Assembly (NCBI GenBank): GCA_024704765.1
Contig: JAKMXF010000324.1
Span: 280,675-344,674, forward strand
From: Oopsacas minuta
Lineage: Eukaryota; Animalia; Porifera
Direction of reading: 5' to 3'
DNA length: 64,000 nucleotides
The notes under the pieces are model-generated. The model saw only the letters and a list, made by a program, of their open reading frames with translations, searched no databases and was not told the origin of the DNA. Made by a program: the position numbers and the translations under genes. Shown here one piece after another: positions 59,780 through 64,000 of this stretch. Every line of letters starts with the position of its first letter. The stretch's first letter is position 1.

Positions 59780-60235
59780 CTATGCAATCAATGCAGAAGC
59801 TGTTGCAGATTCGTATTTCCAGTTAGGAGGCAATATACGTGTAGTCCTATAGTACCGTGATAATCTATAGAGACGACTCTCAACTAGGATGAGGCGAAAT
59901 TTAGAATCTTTATCTTTCTTATTCTTTTCCAGATGTTTGCGGATATTGACAGCTTTCTTTATCAGATAGTACAGATCCTCTGGGAGGGTGGGGGCTAAAC
60001 CTTTCGCCTTGAGAATACGTAGAATCTTATTTCCGGTTATGTTCTTCACCTGAGCTATGCCATTACAATCACGTAGAATAACACCGATTTGTGAGGGCTG
60101 CATACCTTTCTTAGCCAGGCGGTAGATGTGATCCTTGACCTCTTCAGAGGGCATTTTGAGCCAATTGGGGATGGAACGACGGTATGGGATAGCAGAGGAT
60201 GATATCCCCTTTCCTGGGGTGTGCATACGACCCAT
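59780..60235 (-). CDS. RPS13: 40S ribosomal protein uS15, intronless
   Basis: [18 protein letters not shown]...[10 protein letters not shown]; 151 aa. Confidence 0.98.
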   Translation of the reverse strand: MGRMHTPGKGISSSAIPYRRSIPNWLKMPSEEVKDHIYRLAKKGMQPSQIGVILRDCNGIAQVKNITGNKILRILKAKGLAPTLPEDLYYLIKKAVNIRKHLEKNKKDKDSKFRLILVESRLYRLSRYYRTTRILPPNWKYESATASALIA

Positions 60236-60568
60236 TATGTAGCTCTAGTATATGAGGGGCTAATATGAAATTGCTAATAATTTTCTGTAACAAGATTTTA
60301 AACGGAGTTCGTTATCACGATAGTAAATCTGTATATGCAACATAAAATAAGTCATTCTGCAAAGTACATCAACGCCATACTATCATGCTTCAGGAAATAA
60401 AATCATAGTATACTTTGTTATAACAGTTCGTGTATACTTTCAATCACATGAACTATCATACAAATATCTACCCAGCATGTATACAATAACCATGTGCTCA
60501 CCTAGATCCACGAGCAACAGTACTGCTATGTATATAATAACGTAGTTGGTGTACTCATTTATCAAATA

Positions 60569-62098
60569 ATGCAACAGTCCCTCCTAATACGTGTATTAAT
60601 CTCACTATGTCTGGGTGTAACACTTGTCCAGAGCAGTGGGTGTAGTTGGAACGGGAACATGCCTGGACCTGGGGGTAGCGGGCATTGCCCCGCACCAGTC
60701 TCATCTAATTCCTGTCCAGTAACGCCGTCATACTACGAGATGCAATCAAGAGGAAATTTATGGCCTTGCCCAAGCTACAACAAATCCCAAGGAGCCAAAT
60801 ATTACACCGGAAATTGTACTATAGGGGGTGGATCGAACCCACTATGTCATTTCAACGAGGCCTCGCCAAATTTCGGTTGTTGTTGTCCAGGTGACGGATG
60901 CTGGGCTCCACCCCATTTTAACTGGATCATAGGTGTATGTAAAGGCAATACATGTGGTGGATATAATAACGCTCCCAGCACTAAACAATACAAAAACGCT
61001 GGGTCTAATCTTATAGTAAACTACGCTGCTTCCTATCAATGGAATTCTGCAAGCAAACACTGGGAAATTGTAAATGATTCTTCATTCAATACGAACGGAT
61101 CTAGACCAGCATTTAATACTATAAAACCTAACGGAGGGCTAAGCGGGACACAAGCATGGTTACAACCACAGCCTGGGGGATCAGCTGATTGGTCATGGGG
61201 GTATTACCCAGCTGGGGTTACTGGGGTGGGACCTCCTGGCATGTTATTTGTGTTGTCAGTTGAGAGCGTTTGGAATGTGGCTTGGTATATGCTTAACCAG
61301 GTGACGCTAGACAAAGGCCCTTCTGCAAGATACCCGAGTGAAAAGTGTCCTCATGGCAACGACAACTGTTGGGCAAGTGGTAACGCAGGAGAAATAGATT
61401 TCTTAGAGTCCGCATGGACTGTGAACGCTGGAGCTACAGATGAGTATAGAAGATTATACGCTACACAATGGAATCAAGTCGGTCGATCATTCATAGGAGA
61501 ATCTGGGTCCACATGTAATGCGGATGGTGGTTGGTTTTCTAATTCAGAAACTACTAATAATTATTTCCTGGGAACAAAACCCAATCAATTGGAGCCGTAT
61601 ATATACGCTGCTGTGGTAGATAGAATAGGCACATTCATTTATAGAATTCCATCTTCACAGAGCGACAGTATTTGGCCAGGATTATCACGGAAAACAGCTG
61701 ATTGCGTTATAGGACCAAGACCGACAAAAAGACCAATGAATAGCGGTCCACCGTGTGATGATCGCAATCCATATTGTGCTCTATTTATACCCAACTGTCA
61801 GGCGGACTCATGGGGTGGGGCAGCAGCAGGGAGACAGGGAGGAGCTAATCAGGGGTGTAAGGTGAATGGGAACCAGGGATGGTGTCAAAACTGGTGGAAA
61901 CTGTTTGAAAACACTGGTCAGTGGTTATGGCCGGTAAATGGCAGACAAAGTGTAATACAATATCAATATCCTGCATCAGCTGTTAAAATGCCCTGGTACT
62001 ACCAGATGGAAGCATGGAAAGTTAACTGGTCGGGTAGCCCTGTGTATAATGGGGCCTGTTGTGTTAACAGTAAAGGACATTGTCCTACTGGTGAATGA
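60569..62098 (+). CDS. Secreted Cys/Gly/Trp-rich protein with a GH16-like catalytic motif, intronless
   Basis: 509-aa ORF with a signal peptide; VAWYMLN...NCWASGNAGEIDFLE resembles GH16 WPAFWML...W...GEIDI.E. Confidence 0.6.
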   Translation: MQQSLLIRVLISLCLGVTLVQSSGCSWNGNMPGPGGSGHCPAPVSSNSCPVTPSYYEMQSRGNLWPCPSYNKSQGAKYYTGNCTIGGGSNPLCHFNEASPNFGCCCPGDGCWAPPHFNWIIGVCKGNTCGGYNNAPSTKQYKNAGSNLIVNYAASYQWNSASKHWEIVNDSSFNTNGSRPAFNTIKPNGGLSGTQAWLQPQPGGSADWSWGYYPAGVTGVGPPGMLFVLSVESVWNVAWYMLNQVTLDKGPSARYPSEKCPHGNDNCWASGNAGEIDFLESAWTVNAGATDEYRRLYATQWNQVGRSFIGESGSTCNADGGWFSNSETTNNYFLGTKPNQLEPYIYAAVVDRIGTFIYRIPSSQSDSIWPGLSRKTADCVIGPRPTKRPMNSGPPCDDRNPYCALFIPNCQADSWGGAAAGRQGGANQGCKVNGNQGWCQNWWKLFENTGQWLWPVNGRQSVIQYQYPASAVKMPWYYQMEAWKVNWSGSPVYNGACCVNSKGHCPTGE

Positions 62099-62194
62099 TT
62101 TATGACGTATATAAATAATTCTGTAGTTATTCTTTAGTGAATATTTTGATTAGATTCGAAAAATATATCTTTGAATTTTGGGTACTGTTAGTAG

Positions 62195-62474
62195 GAAACT
62201 TGTTTCAGCTCCGCCTGCCACATGAATATTGTCATTATTTCACGATTTCATCAATGAATTCAATTACACAATATATTTACTAACTAACGGGTGAATAGTA
62301 GTGATATTAATATTCACAGAACTCCTTTAACACGCTTAATTAAAATATTTCGAAGTAGAGTCATTGAATTGGTCACATTGTATAATGATAAAGTGTCAAA
62401 CAATGAGATAATGATAATGAAATGCAGCCCGCCGCGTGCTTAGATGGACATCATGTGGAGCTGAGACAAGTTTC
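62195..62474. mobile_element. MITE family D, second copy
   Basis: GAAACTTGTTTCAGCTCC...GGAGCTGAGACAAGTTTC; inverted homolog of 17360-17646. Confidence 0.8.
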
Positions 62475-62731
62475 TCATTAAGTATGAATTTCATATAATA
62501 GACTACTAATTGCAAGATAATTCATGATTGTATTCATCAAATGGCGTATAGTCCCTAGAAGTAAATTACCCGAAAATGAGCTACCCCATTAGGCCATTAC
62601 CAATACTCCATACACCCCATACTCATATTATGACGTCAAAATATCACTGAGTATAACTAATACAAAATACCTACAATACTCTGTGATAGAACAAAGCACA
62701 ACTACAATAAGGCCTACAAATTATTCTATAA

Positions 62732-63076
62732 CTAATCGTCATCATCAAAGAGACCGAATCCCATATCATCTTCTGAACCAGACCCGTCATCGTCGCCTCC
62801 TTTATCATCCTTACCCTCATCCTTATCAGCTGTTTTCTCTTGTTTGTCATTCCCACCAGTTGATGCCGAAGCAGCTGTTACTGTACCTACGGAAGAAAGG
62901 AGAGCACCTATATCCTTACCAGCTAATGTCTTAGCCATAATATCAGCCCAGAAAATTTCTATATCGATATTAGCACCCTTACAGAGTGTAGTTATCTTGT
63001 CAGATGTTATGTCTACCTTGTCATCATACAATATGAGACTACTGTATACTGCAGCTAGTTCTGATTTACTGGACAT
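62732..63076 (-). CDS. RPLP1: 60S acidic ribosomal protein P1, intronless
   Basis: ELAAVYSSLIL.DD..I...KI.TL....N..IE.FW and C-terminal SEDDMGFGLFD. Confidence 0.93.
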   Translation of the reverse strand: MSSKSELAAVYSSLILYDDKVDITSDKITTLCKGANIDIEIFWADIMAKTLAGKDIGALLSSVGTVTAASASTGGNDKQEKTADKDEGKDDKGGDDDGSGSEDDMGFGLFDDDD

Positions 63077-63465
63077 TATCGATAGGTTTTTAGTATAGGT
63101 TTATAGCTAAGAGATAGATGTCTGTATATAAGGATATTTAATGGTGTATTAGATATTGGAGGATATAAATAGAAATATGACTAAAAATAGATAATTGCTA
63201 TAATCTTAATATTGCAATCTACTCCATTCCACTCCTGTCATATCGAAATAGTAGCCGTAAATATCGAAGCCTTAAATTGTACTAAGTGTATGGTCACAAA
63301 CTGTCAAAAGTAACACGGTATTCGGTATCAGCATTGGGTAAGGCTGCTATCCACGAATACTAATATTCGGTTCAAACAGTTTGAAAATTGATTTCTAACA
63401 TACATACAAAGTGTTAGATAATTAACAAACAAACTAGTATAATGAATGAAAGGATAAAAAGAAAG

Positions 63466-64000
63466 TCAAAAGAATTGGAGACAATTAGTATTCTTATCAC
63501 ACACAACTATAATGTGTCCTGTGTTGTCTAGTGCTATTCCCCATGGACAATAGAACTCCCCGATACCCTGACCTTCCTTCCCAAACTTGTGTATCTGTTC
63601 TCCCTCCTGATTGAATACGTACACACAGTGATTATTGTAGTCACTCATAATGATGTTATAATCTCTGTCTATGTCGAAACAGTATGCACTTTTAGTTTGT
63701 TTGCCATAACCCTAGTTATCAGTCTGTTGGTTAGAACGTGATCTGAATTGAACACAAACATACACGGATCACTATCATCTAGCACCAATACTCTGTCTCT
63801 TGTAACCTTAACGTCATGTGGATACCTAAACAAGTCTATTCCTAGCGTGGAATGGAACTTGAATTCTTGAGTTAAGATTTGAACTCTGTTATTAGAACTA
63901 ACACATACGTACACATTGCTATTTCTATCAGAGACATCTAGGCCACGTGGACTGTTGAACTGAGCTTCTCCATTCCCTTCACTACCAACACTCTTGATTA
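63466..64000 (-). pseudogene. NHL copy 4, 3' part; 1-nt deletion at about 63710 (may be assembly error); 5' part outside the window
   Basis: ACTAGGGTTATGGC versus ACTAGAGGTGATGGC in copies 1 and 2 splits ORFs 63669-63914 and 63466-63648. Confidence 0.6.

Overview
AT-rich, very gene-dense nuclear DNA from an animal with spliceosomal GT-AG introns. A hexactinellid (glass) sponge is my best guess from the gene content and the NHL expansion; this is inference, not a database result. About 30 protein genes are recognisable, including RFC1, CMC2, a DHHC palmitoyltransferase, TMEM185, eIF4E, Argonaute, SCYL3, SMPD4, E2F, CCDC73-like, a Xi-class GST, PP2A B'', UBA52, NUP153, CIAPIN1, NFU1, an ML-domain protein, a GCK-III kinase, a gelsolin-like protein, a deoxynucleoside kinase, RPS13 and RPLP1. 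There are at least eight MITE families, no transposase, no RNA gene I can support, and a 209-N gap. Highlights: (1) a dispersed coiled-coil + NHL beta-propeller family with a near-identical scaffold but hypervariable, mosaic ligand-face loops, plus two propeller-less paralogs; (2) pervasive antisense gene nesting (CCDC73-like hosts three genes, NUP153 hosts two, RFC1 probably one); (3) an intronless Argonaute with a DEDD tetrad inside an NHL-eIF4E-AGO-UEV-NHL block; (4) an orphan secreted Cys-rich protein with a GH16-type EIDFLE motif; (5) a tandem array of tiny Gly/Ala-rich hydrophobic peptides. Caveat: eight genes each lack exactly one base, most likely long-read consensus errors, so every pseudogene call is provisional.
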